The notes beneath the pieces are model-generated. The model made no database searches. It had not been told where the DNA came from and saw nothing but the letters and a program-made list of their open reading frames with translations. The translations under genes and the position numbers were made by a program. A stretch of DNA of 64,000 nt from Bugula neritina. Taxonomy: Eukaryota > Animalia > Bryozoa. Location: positions 35,364,080-35,428,079 of the forward strand of contig OZ037765.1 of NCBI GenBank assembly GCA_964035545.1. Reading direction: 5' to 3'. Below are positions 39,501-54,500 of the stretch, piece by piece; position 1 is the first letter of the stretch; every line of letters starts with the position of its first letter.

Positions 39501-42500
39501 TGTCAACACACAACATCTCACTGCTTGTTATTTACTGCATAGTTGAGTAGTAATATTCATATTGACTACTTGTTATTGATGTGAATATGATGAGCTGTAA
39601 AGTCCAGGGTTCATCTTGTGTTGCCTTGTCATATACTTCTGTACTAGCATGTCTATATTGTATCAATAGCATTACTTTGGGGTTGTCTTCACTCATTCCA
39701 GTATATTCCTAGCTGTACTCTCAGTATATGATTATTGACCTTTCACCTTTAGTCTTACACAGCTTATTATTGGACAGACTTATTTATTACTTAAACACCT
39801 TTCAGTTTGCCTGTGAAGTCAATATTAACTCAATAATATACAGTTAGAGTCGAAGTCTATTGGGCTTGAATTTTGTTATTCATTTTCTGCATGATAAGTA
39901 TTGTTCTATCGCAACGTGTTTGCGGATACATCTTTTAGTTCATATCATGTGACGCCTGTATTTCATATGACGTCTGCATGTCATGTGACCTAAGTCTGTC
40001 ATGTGACATCTCGATGTCATGTGACATCTGCTCTTGTCTGTCATGCGACGTCTGCATGTCATGTGACCTCTGTCTGTCATGTGACATCTGCATGTCATGT
40101 GACCTCTGTCTGTCATGTGACATCTGCATGTTATGTGACCTCTGTCTGTCATGTGACATCTGCATGTCATGTGACCTCTGTCTGTCATGTGATGTCTGCA
40201 TGTTATGTGACCTCTGTCTGTCATGTGACATCTGCATGTTATGTGACCTCTGTCTGTCATGTGATGTCTGCATGTCATGTGACCTCTGTCTGTCATGTGA
40301 CATCTGCATGTTATGTGACGTCTGCGCTGTCTGTAGCTACCAGGCAGAAGGTCACGTCTGAACTCTGGAGAAGCAGAAGTTGATGACTCACAGCAGACGT
40401 CTACTGACTCCATCAAACAGCTGGCGGATAAACATCTGAGTCCAGAGAAGGGGTTCTTCAACCTCATCAAGAATGCAATGCTGGCTATCCACCTCTTGCC
40501 CACCAACTGCAGCTCAGGTGACCTGATAATATCTCCTCTTTTTGTTTGTTTACCTGATTATTCCCTTTTTTATATACTTGTTTATTTATAAGATCATTTA
40601 CTAGATAATTTTTGTATATCATCCAATTTGTCCTTTTCTACTAATTGCATTTTGTTAAAGTAGAGCCAACTTGTTTTGTTATAGTTACTAGCTGTTATAT
40701 ATATATGTTCATATGTAAAGGGCTTGAACCCCCCCCCTGTTAAAGTTCCATAGTTTAGCTATGCTAAGTCTATTTTTATATCCTGCATCTTTTAGAGAAA
40801 AATATTAATGAATTACAAATATTTTGTGTAATGAAAAGTTGCCTTGCATTGTCAATTCCTCGCTCACTCACTCACTCACTCACTCTCTCACTCACTCACT
40901 CTCTCACTCACTCCCTCACTCACTCTCTCACTCACTCACTCCCTCACTCACTAGCTCACTCACTCACTCACTCACTCACTCACTCACACACTCACTCACT
41001 CACTCACTAGCTCACTCGCTCACTCACTCGCTCACTCACTCTCTCACTCACTCTCTAACACACTCACTCACTCACTCACTCACTCGCTCAATCGCTCACC
41101 CACTCACCCACTCACTCACTCACTCACTCACTCACACACTCACTCACTCGCTCACACACTCACTCACTCACACACTCACTCACTCACTCACTCACATAGG
41201 TACTAACCACACAACTTGGTTACCTACGCGCAGGTATCATAGTGATAACAGACGGTAACGTGGGGATAGGAGATGTAGGGAGGTACGACAACCTGCTCGT
41301 ACAGCTGCTCTCCCAGTCCTGTACGTGTAGTATCATAGAGGTACAGTGTGAGTCTCCCGAGAGGAGGGGTATCGGCCGCATCCCTCACTCTGAGATGTTG
41401 CAGTTCATCGCCACGGCAACCTTCGGGGCTTACTTCAACGACACCCCCTGCATGGTGAGAATATACTGTAGAATAGTAGGCTATATAATATGCTGTAAGA
41501 GAGTGTACTGTATATCCCCAATATGCAATAAGACAGATAGATAGTATATCCTGGTTACACAGGAGAAAGACGATAGTCTAGAGATGAACGTCTACCACTC
41601 CGGAGTTCTCTGTTGGGACTTTAAAAAGAGTATAAAGGACTTGGCTAGGATAGGACCAGTGGTTACGTGAGTATTAATAGACCACAGGCTATGCTTGCTT
41701 ATTCTATAGTGCCATGTGTTGAAGTGTATTCTACACATGTTGACACATATTATACATATGTTGACACATATTCTACACGTGTTGACACAGGAGTATGGCG
41801 TACGAGAGAACGATGAGGAAGAAAGGGATGGACTATCACCTGCAAGTACCCATCAACTGTGTCATCACCACCAGACTGAAGGAGGGGTTCACTATCAAGA
41901 CTGTAGACGCTTCTAAAGGTGTGTGTACTGTATATACTGTGTAGTGTGATATATACTGTGTAGTGTATGGTGTATAGTGTACAGTGTAAAGTATACAGTG
42001 TATCGTGTGTATACACTGTACAGTACATCAACTAATATTGCAGATGCAATGAGAAGACGATTTTCTCACCGAGGTTTGTCATAATCACATAAATACTGTC
42101 CTGCTGCTGCTGCTGCTGCTGCCCTCTACTGTACAGTTGTAGTAACTCTGTAGGGTGATATAAAGGGTGGATCTAGTGAAAACTGAGTTTAGGGGGTGAC
42201 ACCGGACTGGCTAACGCTCCTCATGTAACAACTAGATGGTGTCTTCACTAACCTGTAGTTTAGAGTAGAACACGCTTTCAGTCTAACATCTGCTCAGCTA
42301 CGGCCACTGAGCATGCTCTGTGAGACGTACAGCCACTGAGCATGCTCTGTGAGACGTACAGCCACTGAGCATGCTCTGTGAGACGTACAGCCACTGAGCA
42401 TGCTCTGTGAGACATACAGGCCGACTCAACCTCTCCAACTGCTTCCCAATATCCCGAGACATGCATGAAGCCACGCTATGCTGCTAGGCAGTTGCTGGGT

Positions 42501-45500
42501 CTTGTCTATTTCCACAAAGTATTCCCATGTGCAGCAGTGTATCTGAGTCGTCTCCCCTAATGAAGTCTTATTGCACACTGATTTGCCTCCGTCTTCTCCT
42601 CAGCTTATCAGAGCTGAGAGAACTTGCTGATTCCACCAGCTCCGTTATACTCTCTACCTGTATATACTCTCTACCTGTATACTCTCTACCTGTATACTCT
42701 CTACCTGTATACTCTCTGTCTATATACTCTCTGTCTATATACTCTCTACCTGTATACTCTCTACCTGTATGCTCTCTACCTGTATGCTCTCTACCTGTAT
42801 ACTCTCTACCTGTATGCTCTCTACCTGTATACTATCTACCTGTATACTCTCTACCTGTATCTACCTGTATACTCTGTATGCTCTCTACCTTTATACTCTC
42901 TACCTGTATACTCTGTATACTCTCTACCTGTATACTCTCTACCTGTATGCTCTCTACCTGTATACTCTCTACCTGTATGCTCTCTACCTGTATACTCTCT
43001 ACCTGTATACTCTCTACCTGTATACTCTCTACCTGTATACTCTCTACCTGTATACTCTCTACCTGTATACTCTCTGTCTGTATACTCTCTACCTGTATAC
43101 TCTCTACCTGTATACTATCTACCTGTATACTCTCTACATGTATACTCTCTACCTGTATACTATCTACCTGTATACTCTCTACCTGTATGCTCTCTACCTG
43201 TGTACTCTCTACCTGTATACTCTCTACCTGTATACTCTCTGTCTGTATACTCTCTACCTGTATACTCTCTACCTGTATACTCTCTACCTGTATGCTCTCT
43301 ACCTGTATACTCTCTACCTGTATACTCTCTGTCTATATACTCTCTGTCTGTATACTCTCTACCTGTATACTCTCTACCTGTGTACTCTCTACCTGTATAC
43401 TCTCTACCTGTATGCTCTACCTGTATACTCTCTACCTGTATACTCTCTGTCTGTATACTCTCTACCTGTATACTCTCTACCTGTATACTCTCTACCTGTA
43501 TACTCTCTACCTGTATACTCTCTACCTGTATACTCTACCTGTGTACTCTCTACCTGTATACTCTCTACCTGTATACTCTCTACCTGTATACTATCTACCT
43601 GTATACTCTCTACCTGTATACTCTCTACCTGTATACTCTGTATACTCTGTATACTCTGTATACTCTGTATACACTGTATACACTGTATACTCTGTATACT
43701 CTGTATACTCTGTATACTCTGTATACTCTGTATACTCTGTATACTCTGTATACTCTGTATACTCAGCCATTATATGAGCGATGTGGTGGTCTAGTGATGA
43801 GACCTTGACCTACTAAGATGCATGTTTGTCAGGTTGTGGGTTGGTATCCCAGCAGCAGTCTGTTATTAGCCTGTGTTACTCGCGTAGCCTCCAAACCATG
43901 CGCCAGCACGGTGAGGGGCGCTCTCCTGATCCCCTCCCCCTTATACACTCTTCTCACCAGGATTTCATACTCACTGTGCAGCACACTTGATTCCTGGGAG
44001 ATTATGAAATTCACGTCTACCATTATATACACAACACAGTAACATACTCTACTACATGATGAGCTTGATCATGGCAACTTATCTATTGGGTGATAACTCC
44101 AAATTATATATTTGTCATCTTTTTTTCCGGTGTAAGTGAACTGGTACAAGTGTTACTTTTACAGAACACTACATCGAGGTGATTATGGTGCTGCCGTGGA
44201 GGAAGAATATCTGTATAGAATACAAAGCTGGCAGCGTTTGGCCCGTTCCTGCTACCAAGTGAGTGTGTATACTGTACTGTCTCTATTATATACTATACTG
44301 TCTCTATTATATACTATACTGTCTCTATTATATACTATACTGTCTCTATTATATACTATACTCTCTCTATTATATACTATACTCTCTCTATTATATACTA
44401 TACTCACTCTGTTGTGCTATGCTGACTGCAGTCCTGTGACAGCGGTGGATATCTGCTACGAGGGGAACTACCATTTCCTGCACGATCTCACATGCAAGCA
44501 GTCCCGCACGCACCTTCACACTGCCACCAAGTACCGCCAGATCCTCGTCGACAGGTTCTGGAAGAGTATAGAGAGGTTGGTGTGTGCGTCTTGACCTCTG
44601 ATTGGTTGAGATACTTATATATACTCACTAATACACTCAGGGTTAATATTGTACTAACTCATACACTTACAATTAATACAATGAACTCTTCTGACTAATG
44701 GCAGTTGTTTACAGTTTGAAGCTGACAGATGAGTCACTGGTTAATATGCAGTCCTTCCACACCAAAATTGACTTCTCACGGATACCAGATTCTATCAAGA
44801 AGGGGAAGGCACTGTTTTACTGTAAGGACTACAGTGACAGGGCACCTGAGATTATTAGTCACAGGTATGACACAGTACTATAGTGACAGGGCACCTGAGA
44901 TTATTAGTCACAGGTATGACACAGTACTATAGTGACAGGGCACCTGAGATTATTAGTCACAGGTATGACACAGTATTATAGTGACAGGGCACCTGAGATT
45001 CATAGTCACAGGTATGACACAGTACTATAGTGACAGGGCACCTGAGATGATTAGTCACAGGTATGACACAGTACTATAGTGACAGGGCACCTGAGATGAT
45101 TAGTCAAAGGTATGACACAGTGTTATAGTGACAGGGCACCTGAGATGATTAGTCACATGTGTGACACAGTGTTATAGTGACAGGGCACCTGAGATGATTA
45201 GTCACATGTGTGACACAGTGTTATAGTGACAGGGCACCTGAGATGATTAGTCACATGTGTGACACAGTGTTATAGTGACAGAGCACCTGAGATGATTAGT
45301 CACATGTGTGACACAGTATTATAGTGACAGGGCACCTGAGATGATTAGTCACATGTATAACACAGTATTATAGTGACAGGGCACCTGAGATTATTAGTCA
45401 CATGTATAACACAGTATTATAGTGACAGGGCACCTGAGATGATTAATCAAAGATTGTTTGTTTGTTGACAGCTCTGAGTCAGATGTGGAGCAGTTCTCCA

Positions 45501-48500
45501 GTTACTGGAGGAGAATTCTGTGCACAGACTTTGGAATGCCTCTGGATAAGTCGGGGATTTCCTTTGACAGATCCTCCCACATCATGTGAGGTTCTACTCT
45601 TGCTTTGTACTGTTACTCTCGTATGTCCATGTGACTAGCTGTCTTTATACATACTGTATGTGTAACTAGTAACTCTACACCTACAGGGAGAAGTGGTTCC
45701 ACATAACCAGGGTCTACCTGGTGCTCGAGCATGACCCCAAACACCCTGAGATGCTGAACATCCCCAACACCCACGACAAGTACCACTCCCTACAGTGTAG
45801 ACAGGCTGCACAGGCTCTCACCAACAACCTGAGGGAGTGGAGTGACTTTGAACTGCTAGAGAGTAGTCACTATGTCAAGTACATCCACAGGTATCTCACC
45901 TTGACCCTACCTTTGCTTGCATGTGTCTCCATGGTTACAGTATTGTATCTCCATGGTTACAGTGTTGTATATCTCATTGGTTACAGTATTGTAGCTTTAT
46001 GGTTACAGTGTTGTATATCTCCGTGGTTACAGTATTGTATATCTCATTGGTTACAGTATTATATCTCTATGGTTACAGTATTGTATATCTCCTTGGTTAC
46101 AGTATTATATCTCTATGGTTGCAGTATTGTATATCTCCGTGGTTGCAGTATTGTATCTCTATGGTTACGTGTTGCTAGGCAGGACAACGACACGACCCCC
46201 ATCAGTGGATATCACGCTGAGAATTGGTGCTCCTTCTGCATGATAATACTGAACATTAAGGGAGCCTGTGTAACTCTCCGTCTTACGTTCCTGGGAGGGA
46301 CGGATAGCATCTACAGAACAAGGGTATGAGAGAACTGAGGCTACACTCTACGCTATATACTACCTTATACTACCTTATACTACTATATACTATACTGTAT
46401 ACTATATACTACCTTATACTACTATATACTGTATACTATATACTACTCTATACTATATACTGTATACTGCTATCTACTCTCAGCTCATCAACGAGTTAAA
46501 GGAAGTCCTGCAGAGTCTCCACTTCCAGAAGCGGCCGGAGAAGCAGACCAAGTCTGGCGTCAGCTACTCGGCCGTCAAGGTAGACCGAGCTGCCCGGGGA
46601 TCGGGACCCTCTGGACACGTCCCTCCTCTGGAGAGGAACTGGGAGGACAGGCAGTGCTGTATCCTCATGTCCAAACCTCTAGACAGAGTGCTCATCAGGT
46701 ACGAGCAGGTGCCCAAGTCTCTGCGTACAGTAGACAGGATCACCCAGGACATCTCCCCCATGCAGGGGGTTCCTTCTCGTCTCGCCAACTACCTCTACCA
46801 CAGGAGGTGGATCTGGTACCTCCACCCCTCCAACGAGAACGTGAACTTTGAACCCCTAGACTTCAAGTCTATTGGCTACATCCTCAACATCATCTCAAAG
46901 TGAGTGACAATCTCTACCTGCATGTCTGTCCACTCAGTTCCACCACTCAGACTACGTGTTGTGTCTCACCACTCAGACTACGTGTTGTGTCCCACCACTC
47001 AGACTACGTATTGAGTCATAATTCTCTTTCCTGTTTAGGCTCCGCCTCCAGGAGGGTTTTCACTTCTCACACACCAACTCGGGGATTGTTTCAATGATAC
47101 TGGAAGTTGACATGACGGTAAGTCACAGTCTATATCCTGTTAAAGTACTCAGTCTATATCTAGTTAGAGTACTCAGTCTACATCTAGTTAGAGTACTCAG
47201 TCTATATCTAGTTAGAGTACTCAGTCTACATCTAGCTAGAGTACTCAGTCTACATCTAGTTAGAGTACTCAGTCTATATCTAGTTAGAGTACTCAGTCTG
47301 TATCTAGTTAGAGTACTCTTGTACTGATTAAGTGAGGAGGGAGTTGTCCTCTTTCTGTAGAATATTCCGGATGAAGACTCCCCCATCCCCAAGGAGGACG
47401 AAGAGTCCCTCTCATGTCTCGTCCAGTACGTCACGTTTCCTCCGCAGAGAAAACTCAAAGTTCACGACAGGTTTGTTTCTGTGCAGTTCTAATAGCTGAG
47501 TAGGTATATAGTCTGTCTGTCTGTCTGTGTGTCTGTCTGCGTGTCTTGTATACACGTAGTATCTCTTTCTCTCTCAGTCTGCCCGCCTCCAGTGTCAGCG
47601 ACAACGACGTAGACGATGACGCTGCCGACATCACTTCCTCTGAGCTCTACATGGTCACCGAGGTGTGGATTGAGCCCCAACACGGCTACGTCGCTAACAA
47701 CCCCCCTGAACGCTGCCACTACAACCGCTGTCGCTTCTACGAGTGGCCGGAACAGGTGAGTCTCTCGTTCCATTACCTTGCACAGTGTAGGTCTAGTGTA
47801 GAGTATAGTGTAGAGTATAGTGTAGTGTACGGTGGTGACATGTGGTACTGAATCTCTGAGGAGATTTAGAGTAGTTAATACTCAGTATTGTGTCACTCAC
47901 TGAGCACATGAGGCTGATATACCTCTGAGAGTCACACTCTGTCACACCATGTCACACTCCTCAGCGTACTCGTGTGACAGCACTGTGTATTATTATCAAC
48001 ATGTTGAGTTCCAACTGGGAGTCATCTCCTCTGTATGCACTCTAGTCGCCAGCTGAGACACTTTCTAGACAACTTCTTGCCATGTGGGGGTTTCCTCTTT
48101 ATCCACTCCTAGTTTGGTGTCTAAGTTGAATCTATTCATCAGTTGATAGATGCGGTGTTGTCTGGTCACAATGAGGTCTAGGTTCTTCCAGTGTTCTGAT
48201 TGGTGGCTGTGAAGGATTGATAACTCCAACTGAGTGTCTAATAATACCTGGTCTCTTGAATATTGGCTGTTTCATGGTAGCATAACTCTTGTATGATACG
48301 AGTATGCCTGTCATCTGTCACATGATACCCTGTCACATGACACATTGTCACATGACACCCTGTCACATGACACCTTGTCACATGACACCCTGTCACATAA
48401 CACCTTGTCACATGACACCCTGTCACATGACACTCTGTCACATGTGTCTGTGTAGTGCTATGTATACTCTGAGTGACACAACTTGTGATTTATACATGAG

Positions 48501-51500
48501 CTAACAGTCAGGTAAAAGGAGTGCTTCTTAGGTCAGCCATTAGGTTGTGTGAGTCTAGTGAGGTGTTTAGTCAGCGTAGAGTTACTATGTCGCATCGGCA
48601 GCACGTATTGAAGGTGACAGCAGTATTGAAGGTGGCAGCAGTATTGAAGCCACTTACTGTTTGTATATATGCTGCCTGCAATGCGATACTTTGTATAATT
48701 TAATTTACTGCCAAACCCAACCTGCAGTTGGACTTTACACTTGCCTGATCACAGGGAAAGTGTTGGTTTGATAGCTTGACTAGTGCAGCCTAAGGGGGGT
48801 AGGGGGAGCCCCATCCTAGTATATCAGCATGCTGGGAGTCTAGGCTAAGCCTTGAAGTTATCTCAATCTGTAACATAAATATTCTTATCTCTGTGTTTGT
48901 GTCAACTGAAGTGTTTAGTAGCTGCCCTGAGGTTATCCTAGGTGAGGGGGGGGAGGGGACATTTACTCCCCTTTAGCCTAGGGCCACACGGCGCGTATTT
49001 TCGCATGCGAAAATTGAAATCACAAGTAGCAAAGGTGTCCACTGTGCGCGTTGAGAAAACCTTCGCACTTGTCGCTCTGCATTTTCAACGCAAGTGCGAA
49101 TCGTCTCTGTCGTCGTCACCTAATTGGCTGGTAGCTATTCAGCGAGCCCAATTTCTTTATTTAGTGCTATATTCCAGTAAATTGCGTTTTATTGAAAGCG
49201 AGTGCGATTTAAAAATGAAAGCTTTATTTATCACGCATCACTGACGCTACAGTGGACACCTTTGCTACTTGTGATTTTAATTTTCGCATGCGAAAATACG
49301 CACAGTGTGGCCCTAGGCTTACTATCTCTTATTTCTTCATCCTCCCCTCTTAAACCCCCTTCCCCCAACCTTCTCCTTTATCCTCCCCATTTGACTGGAA
49401 ACCTCGAATGTATAATTAATTATTCCAAAGTTTGGCTCATAAACTAGCAGTATGTTCCAACTTCTCTCTTAGGACTCGTGTACTAAGATTTCTATACTAA
49501 TATACTGTATACTATATACTGTATACTATATACTGTATACTATATATTATACTATATACTATACTATATACTATATACTGTACTAATATAGAGTATACTA
49601 TATATTATACTAATATACTACATACTATACTATATAAGGTATATATATATTACACAGTATACACTCAGTCATGTCACTAAGGAAGTCCCATTAGCATAAA
49701 GAATGTCACATTTTCTCCATCTTATTATAATATTTATAAACTCTGTAAGAAATATGAGACCAGCTCTATTCTATATAGCATATACAGCGATGTACTCACT
49801 ACTCTATATTATACACTGTCCAGTGTTTAGCTAGATTCTCTCTGTTTAAAGTCTCTCCCAAGTCTACCTACATGCAGGAATGTAAACATTACGCTGTCTG
49901 TTTTATGTTAATCGCTGCCGCTAGTAGGAGTGTGGGAGACAGGGGGAGGGGGTTGTAATATACTAATGTTCTCACTTGTTTATTCTCCTGATACACCCCT
50001 GGCTTACCAAGCAAACCGAATCACACCATTGCTGTCTGATGAGGGGGGAGGAGGAAGGGGGAGGGGCAGTAGAGGGGCGGATTGTTTGTTTGAACTTTCT
50101 ACTCTCAGTGGATGACCCAAGTTCATTTCCTTGTGTTGTTTACATTCGTACATTTGTTAAAGTTGGTGATTGACTTGCAAAGTTCAGCACATAGTAATAT
50201 ATGATATTATACATAGTAATATATGATAGTATATATAGTAATATATGGTACTATATATAGTAATATATGGTACTATATCTAGTACTATATGGTCCTACTG
50301 TATACAATACATTCACTATGGTATAAAGCTCTACATGTAAACAGTTGATGTTGTAACATAGTAATGCTAATTCCCTGTCAGACTCTGTGACATTCAAACA
50401 CATATCTGCATATTTGAGACGAATATTCCTCATGTGTATGCATGACCTCCGTGAGATCTCGTGTTGTATCTCTCGTAGTGTGAGTCATTGCCTCATGTGA
50501 TATAACTCACTAGTGTGGACTTTACACTCTCACTCTCTCACTCTGTCATTCTGTCACTCTCACTCTGTCACTCTCTCACTCTTTCTCTGTCACTCTGTTA
50601 CTCTGTCACTCTCTCACTCTCTCACTCTCTCACTCTCCCACTCTGTAACACTCTCACTCTCTCACTGTGTCATTCTGTCACTCTTTCTCTGTTACTCTGT
50701 CACTCTCTCACTCTGTTACTCTGTCACTCTCTCACTCTATCACTCTCTCACCCTGTCACTCTTTCTCTCTGTTACTCTCTCACTCTCTCACTCTGTTAAT
50801 CTCTCACACTCTCACTCTGTCACTGTCTCTCTGTCACTCTGTCACTCTGTTACTCTCTCACTCTGTCACTCTGTTACTCTGTCACTCTCTCTCTCTCTCT
50901 CTCTGTTACTCTCTCACCCTGTCACTCTCTCTGTTACTCTCTCACTCTCTCACTCTGTTAATCTCTCACTCTGTCACTCTGAACTAGAACTGATGTATAG
51001 TTTATGGTTAGAGGTTGAGGTTGGGGTTTGGGGTTTGCTCTGTGAAGGATGTATATAACAATCAGACACTCCCCACACTACCAGCTCTGTTAGAACTCAG
51101 GCTGTGTATCCTGTACCTCCCCTACTCCTAGCTAGCGGTGCAAGTCCAGCCCCCTCCCTGTGCCACTACACTAGGTGTTGGTAACAGTTCCCACAATGCA
51201 ACAGTACATCACGCTGCCAAAGTATACTCTACTCTGGCAGCAGTTTAACTGACATGGAGCTGTGGGTGACAGGAAGAGAGGGTATTGTGGGAAGGGGGAG
51301 TAACATTCAATCTCTGTAACTCCTTTATCTGCCAGCTTCCTAAATACTTAACACTTAATCTCTCACCCTCCTCCATTGTGCAAACAGGGGGCGTCACCCG
51401 TCCAGCTGATAGCGTCCCCTCCCCTCTCCCTTATCTTATCTCCTCTCCACCCTCCTCTAGCTAATTATTCTCTGCAAGTCACTTCAGTGTGTAGCCTAAC

Positions 51501-54500
51501 GTGTCTACACGTAATATATTCTACACGTAATATATTCTACATGTCATATATTCTACACGTAAATATATTCTACATGTCATATATTCTACACGTGATATAT
51601 TCTACACGTAATATATTCTACACGTGATATATTCTACACGTAATATATTCTACATGTCATATATTCTACACGTAATATATTCTACATGTCATATATTCTA
51701 CACGTGATATATTCTACACGTGATATATTCTACACGTGATATATTCTACACGTAATATATTCTACATGTAACATATTCTACATTTGATATAGTCCTGCTA
51801 AATGTGTCACTTTTCTAGTCTGTTTATTGACTTTAGAATAACATGCCCTGGCCCTCATATGAAGGGCTATAAAATACTACTAAATGTTTCATAGTTTATG
51901 TGTACAGTATAACTACAGTGTATACAGTATAACTACAGTGTATATACAGTATAACTACAGTATATACAGTATAACTACAGTATATACAGTATAACTACAG
52001 CGTATACAGTATAACTACAGTGTATACAGTATAACTACAGTGTATACAGTATAACTACAGAGTATACAGTATAATTACAGTGTATATACAGTATAACTAC
52101 AGTGTATACAGTATAACTACAGTGTATACAGTATAACTACAGTGTGTACAGTATAACTACAGTGTATACAGTATAACTACAGTGTATACAGTATAACTAC
52201 AGTGTATACAGTATAACTACAGTGTATACAGTATAACTACGGTGTATACAGTATAACTACAGTGTATACAGTATAACTACAGTGTATACAGTATAACTAC
52301 AGTGTATACAGTATAACTACGGTGTATACAGTATAACTACGGTGTATACAGTATAACTACAGAGTATACAGTATAACTACAGTGTGTACAGTATAACTAC
52401 AGTGTATACAGTATAACTACAGTGTGTACAGTATAACTACAGTATATACAGTATAACTACAGTGTATACAGTATAACTACAGTGTGTACAGTATAACTAC
52501 AGAGTATACGGTATAACTACAGTGTGTACAGTATAACTACAGTGTGTACAGTATAACTACAGAGTATACGGTATAACTACAGTGTGTACAGTATATTAGA
52601 TGATGGAATTGCTTGCACTCAGTTATTCACTCCCCAAACTGCAGTGTTGAAAATCTCCCTCCATTGTTTAGGTGAGACAGTCTGTTACATTCTCTGGAAT
52701 ATTTCATGATTGATGGAAGTATAATGCAAATATAATCACTACAATATAGGCTACACTACATACATTGTGTGTATAGTATACTATACTATGTATACTCTAC
52801 TCTGTATACTATACTCTGTATACTCTGTATACTCTGTACACTCTGTACACTCTGTACACTCTGTACACTCTGTACACTCTGTACACTCTGTACACTCTGT
52901 ACACTCTGTACACTCTGTACACTCTGTACACTCTGTACACTCTGTACACTCTGTACACTCTGTACACTCTGTACACTCTGTACACTCTGTACACTCTGTA
53001 CACTCTGTATACTCTATACTATACTCTGTATACTCTGTATACTCTGTATACTCTGTATAATATACTCTGTATACTCTGTATACTCTGTATACTCTGTACA
53101 CTCTGTACACTGAGTATACTCTGTATACTCTGTATACTCTGTACACTCTGTATACTATGTATACTCTGTATACTCTGTATACTCTGTATACTCTACTCTG
53201 TACACTCTGTATACTCTGTATACTCTATACTATACTCTGTATACTCTGTATACTCTGTATACTCTGTATACTCTGTATACTATACTCTGTATACTCTGTA
53301 TACTCTGTGTACTCTGTATACTCTGTATACTCTGTATAATATGCTATACTCTGTATACTCTGTATACTCTGTATACTCTGTGTACTCTGTATACTATACT
53401 CTGTATAATATGCTATACTCTGTATACTATACATAGCATAGCATATCATACTATACTGTACAGTGTACACTATACCCTACAGAGCAAAAGCCTCTATATC
53501 TGGGGGAGGGGGGTGTGTAGAGCTAAGCACACAAACTTAGTTACCATTGTGTACAATCACTGTGTACAATGTACATATACCTAGGCGCAGGTAAACCCTT
53601 ATCTCTCAGCTCACCTCTGATCACTGATAGTGCTGGAAAATAAATAGGCAAATGCTGTAGTCACTTGTTTCATTTGTGGCCACAGCGCTGGCCCTAGCTA
53701 CAAGTGACTACAGCGGGACTATCAGCTGCTCAGTGTCTGCCACTCAGGTATTTGCGCTGATTCTATCAAAAGCCATGTTCAGTTGGAAGGTTGACTCTGT
53801 CAGTGAAGTCTACTTGTCAGATCTAACTCTTCCAGCTTACCGCGGCTTCAATACTGACTTCTCTACTACCACTACCAGCTAGTTACACAACATGGTTATC
53901 CTTAGCATTCAGTGAACCAGTGTAATGGTTGCCATGTTTTGCCAGTTACCTCCCTGTTACTAAGGGATATTTGATAACATCTGTGATTGTGTTTAAACAC
54001 TGCTTGATTTAAAATGTGTGTCATCATCGTATGTTCAGCGTCTCCAGTGACTTAGAAGGCTAATTTAGAGCCACAAAACTTGAATAGGTCAGTATGAATG
54101 CGCATCTTTTTAATGGAGATTAGCTTCGCTTTAATTGGACGACAGTTTCATTTGAAGGTCAAAGTTGATGGAGCAGTAATAGCGAGCAGAAGGTGTCCTG
54201 TGTTAGATTCACTTCTTTAGTTCTTGTCACTTGCAGTCACTCTGCTTGTACGTGAGCAATTTCAACGGCAGTGCTCTAGTTTGATGTAGAACCGTGTCGA
54301 TATCTTTTCAATTTATTATAGCAAAAACATTGTTAACTATTATATCTTGTTTGCAAGCTACAGGTAACCTAAATATTATGTTTTTAATAGAAGTAGAATT
54401 TTCACCAATTCAGTTTTCTGATTTTATTGATAATAAATAATTAATATTGTAATTATATTATTTGTGTTAGCCTCGCTGTACTCTTTTGAAATTGTGAATG

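Noticed and set aside
42527-43808. Three overlapping 340-416-aa ORFs
   Set aside because: Stop-free 15-bp repeat; not protein-like. The same applies to the ORFs at 39935-40383, 50513-51058, 52767-53470, 56950-57615 and 62206-62838.
43829-44042. Nested gene in an SZT2 intron (short ORFs on both strands)
   Set aside because: No recognisable motif or clear splice structure, and the SZT2 reading frame joins 41918 to 44165 without it.
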